From positions 4,718 through 68,717 of the forward strand of contig JAZNSP010000012.1 in the NCBI GenBank assembly GCA_045591285.1: DNA of 64,000 nt. Reading direction: 5' to 3'. This DNA is from Acutalibacteraceae bacterium (lineage in GTDB: Bacteria > Bacillota > Clostridia > Oscillospirales > Acutalibacteraceae). A model generated the notes under the pieces. That model did no database searches, was not told the origin of the DNA, and worked only from the letters and a program-made list of their open reading frames with translations. Shown here piece by piece: positions 46,240 to 56,559 of this stretch. Every line of letters begins with the position of its first letter. Position 1 is the stretch's first letter. The position numbers and the translations under genes are program-made.

Positions 46240-47004
46240 GTGATGAATATGAAATACACAAAAAAACCCGAAATGATACTTTTTGACGTGGGCGGCACAC
46301 TTTTTGACGACGGAAAATGCAGCTTTTACGACGGCTTTTCTGCTCTGAGAAAATATGCTCTTGATCCTGAAATAACTGATGATGATACTCTTTTTTCATT
46401 ATGTAAGGAATATATGAATGAAATAGGTGAAGATCATTATTCAGAAAGCAAAGTAAAGCTTGATATGCCTCTTTCTTCTATGCTGAAATACGTTACAATG
46501 AATGCAGGACTTCATTTTGATATAGATATAACCCTGCAGGAAGAAATTTTTGACCGTTTCAATTCCTCAAGAAGTCTTTCAGATGGAATAACCGAGCTTT
46601 TGACGTTATTGAAAAGGTTAGGTATCAGAACGGCGGTTATAAGTAACAATGCTATGAGCGGAGAAGGGCTTTCTCTTGCAATTAAAAGATGGCTTCCCGA
46701 AGCAGAGTTTGAGTTTTGTCTTACTTCTGCCGATATTCTTTTAACAAAGCCTCATAAATCACTTTTTCTCACCGCTTCTTCTTATGCCGAAGTAAAGGCT
46801 TCGGATTGCTGGTACTGCGGTGACTCATTCGTGCCCGATGTCTGCGGTGCAAATAACAGCGGTATGAGCCCTATTCTTATAGATAAAAAATCTGAGAAGC
46901 CACTTTGTATAAGAAACGACGGCAGCGAAGAGTATATGACCGTAAACAGCTGGAGGGCATTAACAGAATATTTAGAAAATGCCTTCGGAAAGGATCTATT
47001 ATGA
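46240..47004 (+). CDS. HAD-superfamily hydrolase
   Basis: MILFDVGGTLFDD (motif I variant), VISNN (motif II), and YCGDSFVPDVCGA (motif IV). The start may be 46249. Confidence 0.7.
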   Translation: MMNMKYTKKPEMILFDVGGTLFDDGKCSFYDGFSALRKYALDPEITDDDTLFSLCKEYMNEIGEDHYSESKVKLDMPLSSMLKYVTMNAGLHFDIDITLQEEIFDRFNSSRSLSDGITELLTLLKRLGIRTAVISNNAMSGEGLSLAIKRWLPEAEFEFCLTSADILLTKPHKSLFLTASSYAEVKASDCWYCGDSFVPDVCGANNSGMSPILIDKKSEKPLCIRNDGSEEYMTVNSWRALTEYLENAFGKDLL

Positions 47005-47663
47005 AAAAAATGTTATCTGCTTCAATAATGTGTGCAGACCTTCTCAATATGGAAAAATCAGTAAAGCTTCTTGAGGAAGCAGGAATTGATTACCTTCACG
47101 TGGATATTATGGACGGAAAGTTCGTCCCGAATATCACTCTGGGCTTTGACCTTATAAACGCCATAAAGAAAATTACGGATATTCCTCTTGACGTTCACAT
47201 GATGGTAAATGAGCCTTCAAAGTTTATTGACCTTATGAACCTTAGGGAAAACGACATTCTCTGTGTTCATTATGAGTCAGAAATGCATATTGCAAGAGCT
47301 TTGGAAAAAATCAGAGCTAAAGGTGTAAAGACAGGTCTTGCAATTAATCCCTCTACCTCGGTTGAAGCCTTTAGATATCTCAGTGAGCTTACTGATATGG
47401 CTCTTGTTATGACGGTAAATCCCGGCTTTGCAGGGCAGAAAATAATTCCTAATGCCGAAAGAAAGGTAAAGGATACAAGACTTCTTTTAGATTCTCTTGG
47501 CTGTGCTCACGTGCCTATTGAGGTTGACGGAAATATAAGTCTTGAAAACGGCAGAAAGACAAGTGCCGCAGGGGCAGATATATTTGTGCTCGGTACAAGC
47601 GCCCTTTTCCTCAGGGATAAGAAAATGAGTGAAGCGGCAGAGTATTTCAGAGCAGTATTATAA
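47001..47663 (+). CDS. rpe: Ribulose-phosphate 3-epimerase
   Basis: HVDIMDGKFVPNITLG and MTVNPGFAGQK motifs. The ATG overlaps the HAD stop (ATGA). Confidence 0.85.
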   Translation: MKKMLSASIMCADLLNMEKSVKLLEEAGIDYLHVDIMDGKFVPNITLGFDLINAIKKITDIPLDVHMMVNEPSKFIDLMNLRENDILCVHYESEMHIARALEKIRAKGVKTGLAINPSTSVEAFRYLSELTDMALVMTVNPGFAGQKIIPNAERKVKDTRLLLDSLGCAHVPIEVDGNISLENGRKTSAAGADIFVLGTSALFLRDKKMSEAAEYFRAVL

Positions 47664-47681
47664 GTATTTAAGGAGAAAATT

Positions 47682-48599
47682 ATGTATTCCGATATAAGAG
47701 CTGCTGTTATGGGCAGTATAAATATGGATATTATTCTTAAAGCTGAAAGAATTCCCGATGTTGGTGAAAACGTTCTCGGCAGTGAATATTCCTATGCCTT
47801 CGGCGGTAAGGGCGCAAATCAGGCAACAGGCGTTTCAAGACTGGGAGCCGTAACAAAAATGATAGGCTGTGTGGGAAATGACGATAACGGCAGAAGTCTT
47901 CTTCAGAATCTCAGAAATAATAATATTGACGTTTCCTCTGTTTCCACAGACGGAAGCTCCACGGGACTTGCCGCCATTTTAATCGACAAAGACGGCAGAA
48001 ACAGAATTATTGTTTACGAGGGTGCAAATTCTGAAATTCAGCCTGAAAAAGCGGCTTCAGCGGTAACTGATGACCTTGATATTCTCCTCGTTCAGTTTGA
48101 AACAAGGGAAGAGGCTGTTATCGCCTGTGTGAATGAAGCCATAAAAAAAGGGATAATGACCGTTGTTGACTGCGGTCCTGCAAAAAACTTCTGTCTTGAA
48201 AAAATGCAGGGTGTTACGGTTATTTCTCCTAATGAAAATGAAACAGAGGCGCTTACGGGAATTTTCCCCGACAGCGAAGAAAATATCAGAAGGGCTTCGG
48301 AAATTCTCTTTGAAAGAAGCAGACCGAAGTACGTTGTTCTGAAACTGGGTGAAAGAGGTGCCGGTATCTACGACGGAAAAGAGCTTACTCTTATGCCCTC
48401 ATATCCCGCAGAAGTGGTTGATACGACCGCCGCAGGTGACAGCTTTACCGCCGCACTTGCTCTTGAATACAAAAAAAGCGGAGATATCAAAAAGGCCTGT
48501 ATAAACGGAAATATTGCAGGAAGTATTGCCGTAAGCCGTGTGGGTGCTGACCGTTCAATGCCTACTGCCGAGGAAATAAAAAGCTTCGTAATAAAATAA
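47682..48599 (+). CDS. rbsK: Ribokinase (PfkB family)
   Basis: FGGKGANQA and DTTAAGDSF motifs. Confidence 0.85.
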   Translation: MYSDIRAAVMGSINMDIILKAERIPDVGENVLGSEYSYAFGGKGANQATGVSRLGAVTKMIGCVGNDDNGRSLLQNLRNNNIDVSSVSTDGSSTGLAAILIDKDGRNRIIVYEGANSEIQPEKAASAVTDDLDILLVQFETREEAVIACVNEAIKKGIMTVVDCGPAKNFCLEKMQGVTVISPNENETEALTGIFPDSEENIRRASEILFERSRPKYVVLKLGERGAGIYDGKELTLMPSYPAEVVDTTAAGDSFTAALALEYKKSGDIKKACINGNIAGSIAVSRVGADRSMPTAEEIKSFVIK

Positions 48600-48607
48600 A
48601 CAGAAAG

Positions 48608-48645
48608 AAGGACAAAACCGAAAAAACGGTCTTGTCCTCCTTTTA
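48608..48645. terminator. Bidirectional terminator
   Basis: GGACAA-aACCGaaaaaaCGGTc-TTGTCC nested stem. Confidence 0.6.
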
Positions 48646-49809
48646 ATGTGAGCATTTTTTCAGTGCCGTTTCATTGGCAATAAACACGCCTATGCAAAGT
48701 GCCATAAGCACAAAGGGAGTTATGGAAAACGTTGTGGCAGATGCCGTAAAGCCGTAAATCAGCTGAACGAAAAAGCCTATGCCGTAAGCACCGCCCATGT
48801 GATAACCCGTAAGGTCGGCTGAATAGGTTTTTCCGAAGCGTTCGGGAACACAGTGGAGAATTGAAGGGAATATGGGGCCGAAGCCGAAGCCTATAAGTAA
48901 GAAGCCTAAAAGTGAGAATTTTCCCAAGGGTAAGGCAAAAATTATAATTCCGATAAAGGCTGAGATAATTCCGCTTTTTATGAGAATTTTATTGGAAAGT
49001 CTGAAGGAAACAAAGCCTGCAACAATTCTTCCCAGCATTATGCCGCCGTAATAAAGAGAAACCCACTTTGCCGCTTCGTCGGGAGCGATAATGAAGGTAT
49101 TTACGGCATACGTTGCACCCCAGGTGCCTAAGGTAAATTCCATTCCGCAATAAAGTCCCATTGAGAGAATGGAAGGAATTACCCCCTTGATTCTCAGAAG
49201 GTCAAAAAGCCTTGCAGAAGCTGTTTCAGTGGGCGAGGCTTCTGTTACGTTCATTCTTTTTTCCGTCTTTTCCCATTTTTTAAGGGATAAGAGAATTATA
49301 AACATAATTGAAAACTGCAAGAGTGCCACTACTCTGTAGCCGCCGCGCCAGGATGAGCCTTCATTTCCGAGAAACTGTGACATAATAAGAGGACTTATGG
49401 TGACTCCAAGTCCCCAACAGCAGTGAAGCCAGTTCATGTGCCTTGCTTCATAGTGAAGGGAAATGAAATTGTTGAGCCCCGTATCAATAGCACCTGCACC
49501 GTAGCCGAGAATTACGGAAAAAAACATCATAACAATGATATTCGGAGAAAAGCTCATACCCAGAAGTGCAACGGCGGTAAGAAGGGTTGAGAATAAGGTT
49601 ACCTTTGCCGTGCCGAATTTTCTCAGCATCTTTCCTGCAATAAAGCTGACACCGCCCGTGCATACGCCTGTGATAATACTGTAAAAGGAAGCAAAGCTTT
49701 CAGGCATATTGAATTCTGTGTGAACAACAGGCCACGCTACACCGAAAAGAGAGTCGGGAAGACCTAATGAAACAAAAACTATGTATATAACCAAAAGTAA
49801 AGCAGACAT
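48643..49809 (-). CDS. MFS transporter
   Basis: 388 aa with 12 predicted TM helices. Confidence 0.8.
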   Translation of the reverse strand: MSALLLVIYIVFVSLGLPDSLFGVAWPVVHTEFNMPESFASFYSIITGVCTGGVSFIAGKMLRKFGTAKVTLFSTLLTAVALLGMSFSPNIIVMMFFSVILGYGAGAIDTGLNNFISLHYEARHMNWLHCCWGLGVTISPLIMSQFLGNEGSSWRGGYRVVALLQFSIMFIILLSLKKWEKTEKRMNVTEASPTETASARLFDLLRIKGVIPSILSMGLYCGMEFTLGTWGATYAVNTFIIAPDEAAKWVSLYYGGIMLGRIVAGFVSFRLSNKILIKSGIISAFIGIIIFALPLGKFSLLGFLLIGFGFGPIFPSILHCVPERFGKTYSADLTGYHMGGAYGIGFFVQLIYGFTASATTFSITPFVLMALCIGVFIANETALKKCSH

Positions 49810-49987
49810 TATTTACTCCAATATAAAAATTTTCTCTATTATAATTATTTTTTCCGATATTTTCAATACTGATATTTTTTTATATAAAAAGGAAAATATT
49901 GTAAAAATATGAAGAATGTTGACATAAAGTTGTTTTATAAATATAATATATGGGAATAAGGATAAGAATTTTACGGAGGGAAGAATT

Positions 49988-51394
49988 ATGAAGAAGATCA
50001 GAAACTCAGTGTTTTCTTTTATGGCTTTATGTCTTGTTATAATTTTTTCTCTTTGTATGATTTCAGTATCCTTCGCAACTGAAGCCGAGGATAATTCAGG
50101 TCATGTCACGGAAGAAGCTTCAACGTCGGAGCCGACAACGGAAGAAAATTCTTCCGAAGAAGTGTCAACTGAGGAAGAAACTACGGTCCGTGAATATAAA
50201 CCTCTTCCCGATACCGTATATAATCTCGGTGATGTGGATTTCAGCGGTAAGATTAATTCCGCGGATGCACGAATGGTGCTGAGATATTCCGTTAACCTTG
50301 AAGAGTTTAATGAGGAGCAGATAAATTACGCTGATTATATAGGCGACGGCACAATAAGAGCGAACGATGCAAGAATGATTTTGCGTACTGCCGTTGAGCT
50401 TGAAGCACTCAGAGGAGTGAATGAAAAGCTTGATAAAAATCCGCCTTCTCAGGAAGAGCTTAAAGAGCAGTGGCTGAAATTTTTCCCTGAGTCTGTTTCC
50501 AGAGAAGAATTAAGTGCAGACATTAACTGGCTTGTTAATGACGTAGGTGTAAGAAACTGGTGGAATAACAACAGAAATTATGCCGCTGACCTTATTTATG
50601 ATATTCTTCTTGCCTATGGCTTTACCGAAGATAACTGTAAGAAGCTTGATTTCACAAAGGGTGAGCTTCTCGGAAGAAACGTTATGGCGGTAATTCCCAC
50701 AGCAAAGGAAAATCCCGATATTATTGTTGTTTCTGCCCATTATGATACGGTTCTTTCCACTGCAGGTGCGGTGGACAATTCATCAGGTGCGGTAAGTCTT
50801 TTACAGCTTGCGAAGCTCTTTGTTACAAAGGGACAGGATTTCGGTGTTGAAATGCGTTTTATTTTCTTTGCAGGTGAGGAGCAGGGCTATTACGGTGCTT
50901 ATGCTTACGTGAATTCTCTTTCCGAGGAAGAAAAGGCGCGTCATAAAATCGTATTCAATATGGATATGACGGGAAAGCCAAATAACAGTTATGCGCCGGA
51001 CAGAAAATACTATATAGCCGTTTCAACGGAGCCTATTTCAACTCAGGGTTATTATGCCCCTGAGGCTCAGAGCAATATAGGAAGTGATGCACTTGATGCG
51101 GCAAGAAAACAGCTTGGAAGCCTTGGTGCCAGCGGTTATTATTCTCCCATAAGAGCAGGACTTCACGATATTGTTCCCTTCAGGAAAGCGGGTATGCCTG
51201 CACTTACTTTATCCTGGCGACAGTACGATAAGGACAGAAGCAGCGGTGCCGATTACGGACTCGCTTCACCTTCACTTATACATACCACCTCAGATAATCT
51301 CAGCAATTTTGATTATGACTCCCACTATAACACAACAAGACTTGCATCCCTTGCAGTAGCAAAGCTTGTAAGTGCATATATTGAAAAATTCTGA
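49988..51394 (+). CDS. Dockerin-containing M28-family peptidase
   Basis: Signal peptide. Two dockerin repeats (GDVDFSGKINSADARMVLR, YIGDGTIRANDARMILR). M28 motifs VVSAHYDTV, DNSSGAV, FAGEEQGYYGA and FNMDMTG. Confidence 0.8.
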   Translation: MKKIRNSVFSFMALCLVIIFSLCMISVSFATEAEDNSGHVTEEASTSEPTTEENSSEEVSTEEETTVREYKPLPDTVYNLGDVDFSGKINSADARMVLRYSVNLEEFNEEQINYADYIGDGTIRANDARMILRTAVELEALRGVNEKLDKNPPSQEELKEQWLKFFPESVSREELSADINWLVNDVGVRNWWNNNRNYAADLIYDILLAYGFTEDNCKKLDFTKGELLGRNVMAVIPTAKENPDIIVVSAHYDTVLSTAGAVDNSSGAVSLLQLAKLFVTKGQDFGVEMRFIFFAGEEQGYYGAYAYVNSLSEEEKARHKIVFNMDMTGKPNNSYAPDRKYYIAVSTEPISTQGYYAPEAQSNIGSDALDAARKQLGSLGASGYYSPIRAGLHDIVPFRKAGMPALTLSWRQYDKDRSSGADYGLASPSLIHTTSDNLSNFDYDSHYNTTRLASLAVAKLVSAYIEKF

Positions 51395-51401
51395 TAAACA
51401 A

Positions 51402-51440
51402 AAAAGATAAAAGCACGTGTTGTCTTTTATCTTTTTTTCA
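51402..51440 (+). terminator. Rho-independent terminator
   Basis: AAAGATAAAAG...CTTTTATCTTT followed by a T-run. Confidence 0.7.
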
Positions 51441-51559
51441 TTTTTGCATTAAGTATAGAAAATTTTATATTCTTATGGTATAATTTTACTGTGAGTTCCC
51501 TTTCAGAGTACAGTAATTATTATAAAAGCATAAAATAAAATACGAAGGAGAGGTAAAAT

Positions 51560-51940
51560 ATGTATATTGATAATACGGCTTTTATGAAAAAGAAGATGCT
51601 CGGAAAAGCAAAAAAAGCTTGCTGTGCTTTAGCCTCAGTCTTATTAAGTCTTTACGTTGTAATCGGATTTTTCGGCGGATTTAATCTCAAATGTCCCACC
51701 TTCAAGAGTTGGTATCTGAAGGATTTTTATCATCAGGAAATTGACAATATACAAGAAGTCTGCGGCAGACAATTAGCCGAAAATGAACGTTTCCAGATAC
51801 AGATTAACCTTAATATTGACAGAGAAAATGATAAACATATAACCACAAAATACGTGAATACGGACGGTGAAGATGTCAATATCCAATGTGAAATGGGTTG
51901 GTTCTGGGGAGATAATTATACTTGGTCAATAGTAGATTGA
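51560..51940 (+). CDS. Hypothetical membrane-anchored protein
   Basis: 126-aa ORF with RBS GGAGAGG and one N-terminal TM helix. Confidence 0.45.
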   Translation: MYIDNTAFMKKKMLGKAKKACCALASVLLSLYVVIGFFGGFNLKCPTFKSWYLKDFYHQEIDNIQEVCGRQLAENERFQIQINLNIDRENDKHITTKYVNTDGEDVNIQCEMGWFWGDNYTWSIVD

Positions 51941-51977
51941 ACAGAATATAAGGAGTCTGCAAATGCAGACTCCTTAT

Positions 51978-52715
51978 TTACAGTGATCTTATTTCATTCT
52001 TGTATTTTCTTATGAATGCCGCATTGATTTCGTCGCCGCCGTCAACGTTACTGCTTGAAAATACCTCAGGCATAATTCCGTCTTTAAGCATTGTTTCTAT
52101 ACAGCCGCAGACAATGGCGTTGAGAATTGCAGCACCTGCTGATGTGGACGTAGGCGCCGCATTTCTTCCTATTGCTTCAAAGTGAATACTTGCATCTCCG
52201 ATACAGCCCATATTATCGAGAACAATATCTGCAATTTCAAAAAGTCTTTTACCGCTTTTGTGGCGGGATGCGCCTGAAGAGGAGTGTCTGATATTTGTAA
52301 GGGCAATTACCGTAAGTCCCTTTTCCTTTGCAAGTGTTGCCATATCAACACAGACACCGTTTCTGCCTGAATTTGAAATAATTACAATTACGTCTCCCTT
52401 TTTCATAGAGTAGCTGTCAAAAATTATTTCGGCATAGCCTTCAAGTCTTTCGATTTCTGTGCTCTTTGAAGCAGACTCATGAAGCATAAGTGCTGTTTCA
52501 AGAACAGGCTGAATGGTTACAAGACCGCCTGCACGGTAGAAAAGCTCCTCAGCAAGCATGTGGGAGTGTCCAGTGCCGAAAAGGAAAATCTTGTTTCCGT
52601 TTTTAAGAGCCCCGGCAAAGCTTTCTGCACTCTTTTCAATAGAGGGCATCTGGGTTTCTATAATATCATTGAGAACCTTGTTGAGATTATTAAGGTATTC
52701 AAGAGGCTTATTCAT
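51978..52715 (-). CDS. SIS-domain protein (UPF0309-like)
   Basis: KIFLFGTGHSHMLAEELFYRAGGL and VIVIISNSGRN motifs. Confidence 0.7.
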   Translation of the reverse strand: MNKPLEYLNNLNKVLNDIIETQMPSIEKSAESFAGALKNGNKIFLFGTGHSHMLAEELFYRAGGLVTIQPVLETALMLHESASKSTEIERLEGYAEIIFDSYSMKKGDVIVIISNSGRNGVCVDMATLAKEKGLTVIALTNIRHSSSGASRHKSGKRLFEIADIVLDNMGCIGDASIHFEAIGRNAAPTSTSAGAAILNAIVCGCIETMLKDGIMPEVFSSSNVDGGDEINAAFIRKYKNEIRSL

Positions 52716-52824
52716 TTTTATCTTCTCCCTTACAGAAAGTTTCTTCAGTTATTTTATCACAAGTTTTTTATGCTGTAAAGAAAGAAAAAGCTCCGAAGAG
52801 ATCTTTCTTCAGAGCTTCTTTTGC

Positions 52825-53727
52825 TTATTTGTACTGATATACTCTTACGTAGTCAACTATAAATTCAGCAGTATCACCGGGCTCCATGCTCATTTCGCCT
52901 GTGCCGTGACGGTCTGCGTGTGCAACACCGTTTTCTCCTGCAACCTCACATGAAACGAGAAGCCATTCGGGATTCTGGCTTACGCCGCCTTCACTTGTAC
53001 GGCAGGTTTCAACGCCGTTGATGTAGAAAATATATTCGTTTTCATTCCATTCACAGCCGTAAGTATTATATTCCTCGTAAGGATTTTCAGCATAGTATTT
53101 GCCGAGTCCTACACCTACGTGTGCATCACCGTAGCCGTCATAGATAATACCTGTCTGAACACAGTCGCCGAAGCCCCAGGTTTCATCCTTATAGAACATT
53201 GACTCGAAAATATCAACCTCTGTTCCGTCCTGACCTGAGCCGTCTTCCTTGACAACTCCGCCGTTCATCATCCAGAATGCAGACCACATACCTGTTGACT
53301 TGGGAAGAATACAACGGATTTCAAAATAACCGTACTTGAATTCCTGAAGATCCTGAGTTGAGATACAGGCTGTGTACCAGCCTTCCTTATAATCCTTGAA
53401 GTTGATCTTGTCGCCCCATTTATCAAGATATCTGTTTTCAAGAGGTTCTGCAAAATATTCGGTTTTGATTGTGAGGTTACCGTCTGCAACGCTTACCATA
53501 TCTTCGTGCCAGAAGCCGCCTTTTCTTTCGGTTACCCACCATTCTGTCTGCCAGTTTTTTCTGTTAAGCTCCGTTCCGTCAAATTCATCAGCCCATACAA
53601 GCTCAAATCTTTCTTCAAGCTCTAAGTCCTGTCCTGCAGGTGTTGCGGGAAGACCTATCTGATTGGGAAGTGCGGGGGAAATAAACATAAGTAATGCTAC
53701 AAGAGTTCTGAAAAATGCTCTTAACAT
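52825..53727 (-). CDS. GH16 beta-glucanase-like protein
   Basis: Catalytic DGTEVDIFES, with an N-terminal signal/anchor. Paralogous to 45227-46147. Confidence 0.8.
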   Translation of the reverse strand: MLRAFFRTLVALLMFISPALPNQIGLPATPAGQDLELEERFELVWADEFDGTELNRKNWQTEWWVTERKGGFWHEDMVSVADGNLTIKTEYFAEPLENRYLDKWGDKINFKDYKEGWYTACISTQDLQEFKYGYFEIRCILPKSTGMWSAFWMMNGGVVKEDGSGQDGTEVDIFESMFYKDETWGFGDCVQTGIIYDGYGDAHVGVGLGKYYAENPYEEYNTYGCEWNENEYIFYINGVETCRTSEGGVSQNPEWLLVSCEVAGENGVAHADRHGTGEMSMEPGDTAEFIVDYVRVYQYK

Positions 53728-53869
53728 AATAAATAATTCTCCTTATTGGTTTATTTAAGTATAGCAAATATAAATACATTATGTCAATGCAGTATTTTAT
53801 TATTGACATATCCTTTTTCGCAAAATAGAATATAAGTATAATACATAAAAAAGAAAAAGAGGGAATTGT

Positions 53870-56002
53870 ATGCTGTTTAACAGAATATTTGCATTTTTTA
53901 CTGCAATTTTTACGAGCCTTACTTTGCTTACAAGCTTCGGTGAAAAAATCGAAGGGATTTTTTCTGAGCCTGTAAGTGTAGAAAAAACATATTTTGATGA
54001 AGGTGAATTTTCTATGGAAAAATATGACCTTATTGTAGCTCCTTACGGAAATGACAGTAATGACGGTACGCTTTCCTCTCCTCTTGCAACAATCGAAGGT
54101 GCAAAGAGGGTTCTTAACACCTATAATGAAAAGGGTATTGCCGAAAGGGTTACCGTATGGTTCAAGGGCGGTACTTATGTGTTTGAAAATGCTGTGGAAT
54201 TTAATGAAAATGATTTTTCAGATGTTCTCTTCAGAAGTATTCCCGGAGAAGAGGTAGTTTTCTCAGGCTCAAGAGAAATTTCTCAGTGGGAAGAGGGCAG
54301 TATAAACGGAATTGACTGTCTTGTTGCAAGGGTTGATACAAGTGAAAATTATTTCCGTTCTCTTTTTAAGGGTGAAGAAAGACTTTCCAACAGCGTATGG
54401 CCCAAGGAGGGTGTGTTTACCGTAAAGGATGCACTTCTCAGTGATGCACTTCTTCCCGACAGTGAGTATTTTCAGCTTCACGCCGCTTTCTATGCAAACA
54501 AAAATGAAATTATGAATTTCACAAATGTTCAGGATGTTAACGTTCGTATTATGCATAAGTGGTGTGACGATATACTTCCTCTTTATTCTGCCGATGCATC
54601 AAGCGGAAGAGTGGTTTTAAGAAAAGCTGCCGCTATGACAATAGCAGAAGAGGATAATTACGTATATGAAAACGTAAAGGAAGCATTAAGTCTTCCGGGT
54701 GAATGGTATCTTGACAGAAGCGAAGGACTTTTATATTACATTCCCCGAGAGAATGAAACTGCAGAAAATCTTGTCCTCAATGCACCTGTTACAGACAGTA
54801 TTCTGAATATCAATAATACCTCTGACATATCATTTCAGGGTATAAAATTTATTGATACCGACTGGGAATTTGTTTCAAGCACCCTGAGAATCTGGAAAGC
54901 AGATGAAAATCATCCCCTTTATAAATTGCTTGATTATCTCCCCACTCATCCTCAGGCGGCTTATGAGGTTCCTGCGGCAATTACCGTAAGCAGCTCTCAG
55001 AACGTCAATTTTACCGACTGTGTTTTCAGAAGCATTTCAAATACAGCGCTTATGTTCAGAGGAAACACGGAAAGCTGTTCCGTTGATGCCTGTCTTTTTG
55101 ATGAAATAGGCGGTAATGCTGTTTTTATAAACGGCACGTACAGTATTCCTGCTACTCTCAGGGGAATAAACGTAACAAACTGTGAAATTAATGAATACGG
55201 CAGAATTTACAATCATTCAATAGGTGTTCTTCTCTGTCACGCCTCTGACTGTATAATTAATAACAATGAAATTCACGACGGCTGGTACACTGCCATTTCT
55301 GTAGGCTGGGTATGGGGATATTCGGAAAATCCCACGGATAATATTCAGGTTAAGGATAATCTCATTTACAATATAGGCAACGGCTGGCTTTCCGATATGG
55401 GCGGAATTTATACTCTGGGTATTCAGCCGAATACCGTGCTTTCAGGTAATGTTATCTATAATGTAGGCTGTTACGGCGGTGAACAGGGCTACGGCGGCTG
55501 GGGTATTTACCTCGACGAAGGCTCAAGTGATATTCTTGTTGAAAACAATCTCGTTTATGACTGTTCGTCACAGTGCTTCCATCAGCACTACGGTAAGGAT
55601 AATATTATAAGGAATAATATTTTTGCCTTCGGCACGGAGGGTGCTATGAGAATTACAAGAAATGAAGAGCACAATTCTCTTTATTTTGAAAACAACATTC
55701 TCGTTACCTCCGATGCTCCTATGTATAAGGAAACAACTGAAAAGGATTGGTTTATTGATAATAACAATCTTTATTTTGACTATGAAAGAAAGCTTGTTTT
55801 CTCAGGTGCATCTATGTCTGTACTTGACAGAGTTGGTATTCCCGGTATGGTTGCAAGAGGTTATTATAACAATGCTGTTTTCAAGGATCCCCTCTTCCGT
55901 GATGCTAATAACCGTGACTTCACTCTTGCTGAAAACTCTCCTGCACTTGAAACAGGCTTCGTTCCTTTCTCATATAATGCAGGAACAAACTATAAATTCT
56001 GA
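53870..56002 (+). CDS. Right-handed parallel beta-helix repeat protein (putative polysaccharide lyase/hydrolase)
   Basis: 710 aa with an N-terminal anchor. Repeated N-x-I/V-x-x-N/D turns (NNNEIHDGWYTAIS, VKDNLIYNIGNGW, LSGNVIYNVG, VENNLVYDCS). Confidence 0.65.
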   Translation: MLFNRIFAFFTAIFTSLTLLTSFGEKIEGIFSEPVSVEKTYFDEGEFSMEKYDLIVAPYGNDSNDGTLSSPLATIEGAKRVLNTYNEKGIAERVTVWFKGGTYVFENAVEFNENDFSDVLFRSIPGEEVVFSGSREISQWEEGSINGIDCLVARVDTSENYFRSLFKGEERLSNSVWPKEGVFTVKDALLSDALLPDSEYFQLHAAFYANKNEIMNFTNVQDVNVRIMHKWCDDILPLYSADASSGRVVLRKAAAMTIAEEDNYVYENVKEALSLPGEWYLDRSEGLLYYIPRENETAENLVLNAPVTDSILNINNTSDISFQGIKFIDTDWEFVSSTLRIWKADENHPLYKLLDYLPTHPQAAYEVPAAITVSSSQNVNFTDCVFRSISNTALMFRGNTESCSVDACLFDEIGGNAVFINGTYSIPATLRGINVTNCEINEYGRIYNHSIGVLLCHASDCIINNNEIHDGWYTAISVGWVWGYSENPTDNIQVKDNLIYNIGNGWLSDMGGIYTLGIQPNTVLSGNVIYNVGCYGGEQGYGGWGIYLDEGSSDILVENNLVYDCSSQCFHQHYGKDNIIRNNIFAFGTEGAMRITRNEEHNSLYFENNILVTSDAPMYKETTEKDWFIDNNNLYFDYERKLVFSGASMSVLDRVGIPGMVARGYYNNAVFKDPLFRDANNRDFTLAENSPALETGFVPFSYNAGTNYKF

Positions 56003-56020
56003 TAAAGATTACGGTGTGTT

Positions 56021-56539
56021 ATGAATTATTATATTGCTCAGCTTTGCGGCATTCTTGTTACCCTCGGCGTAATTGTTACGCTGCAGCTTAAAAAGAAGAA
56101 GCAGATGCTTATTATTTCCGTTGTGATAAATATTTTAGGCGGACTTAATATTCTTTTACTTGACTCCTTCGGAGCAGGTGTTATCGTAAATATGGTTGCT
56201 GTTTTACAGCTTCTGGTATCCTTGTGGCACGAAAAGAAAAACACCGACGTAAGCCTTCCCGAAAAAATAATTTTCCTTGTGCTTTACGTTGCAGGCGGTC
56301 TTATGGGAATTAACTCATATCTTGATATCCTTTCTATTGTTGCAGCAGTTTTCTATATGCTTGCTATGCTTCAGAAGAAGGAGCAGAGAATAAGACTGTT
56401 TTTACTGGGAAATATGATTACGTGGACAGTTTATCACACAATCTTAGGTTCAACGGTAATTTTTGCACAGCTTGCAGGTATTATTTCATCTGTAATTGCT
56501 CTTATAAGATACAGAAAAAAAGAAACTGATATAAAATAA
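56021..56539 (+). CDS. Small inner-membrane protein (YgjV-like, tentative)
   Basis: 172 aa, 5-6 TM helices, two-half architecture. Confidence 0.4.
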   Translation: MNYYIAQLCGILVTLGVIVTLQLKKKKQMLIISVVINILGGLNILLLDSFGAGVIVNMVAVLQLLVSLWHEKKNTDVSLPEKIIFLVLYVAGGLMGINSYLDILSIVAAVFYMLAMLQKKEQRIRLFLLGNMITWTVYHTILGSTVIFAQLAGIISSVIALIRYRKKETDIK

Positions 56540-56559
56540 ATTTCAAGGAGTAGTGTTTT

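Noticed and set aside
46905-47000. Extended start of the rpe ORF, overlapping the HAD gene.
   Set aside because: The extension is out of frame with, and inside, the HAD hydrolase coding region. The conserved epimerase N-terminus begins at the ATG at 47001, which overlaps the HAD stop.
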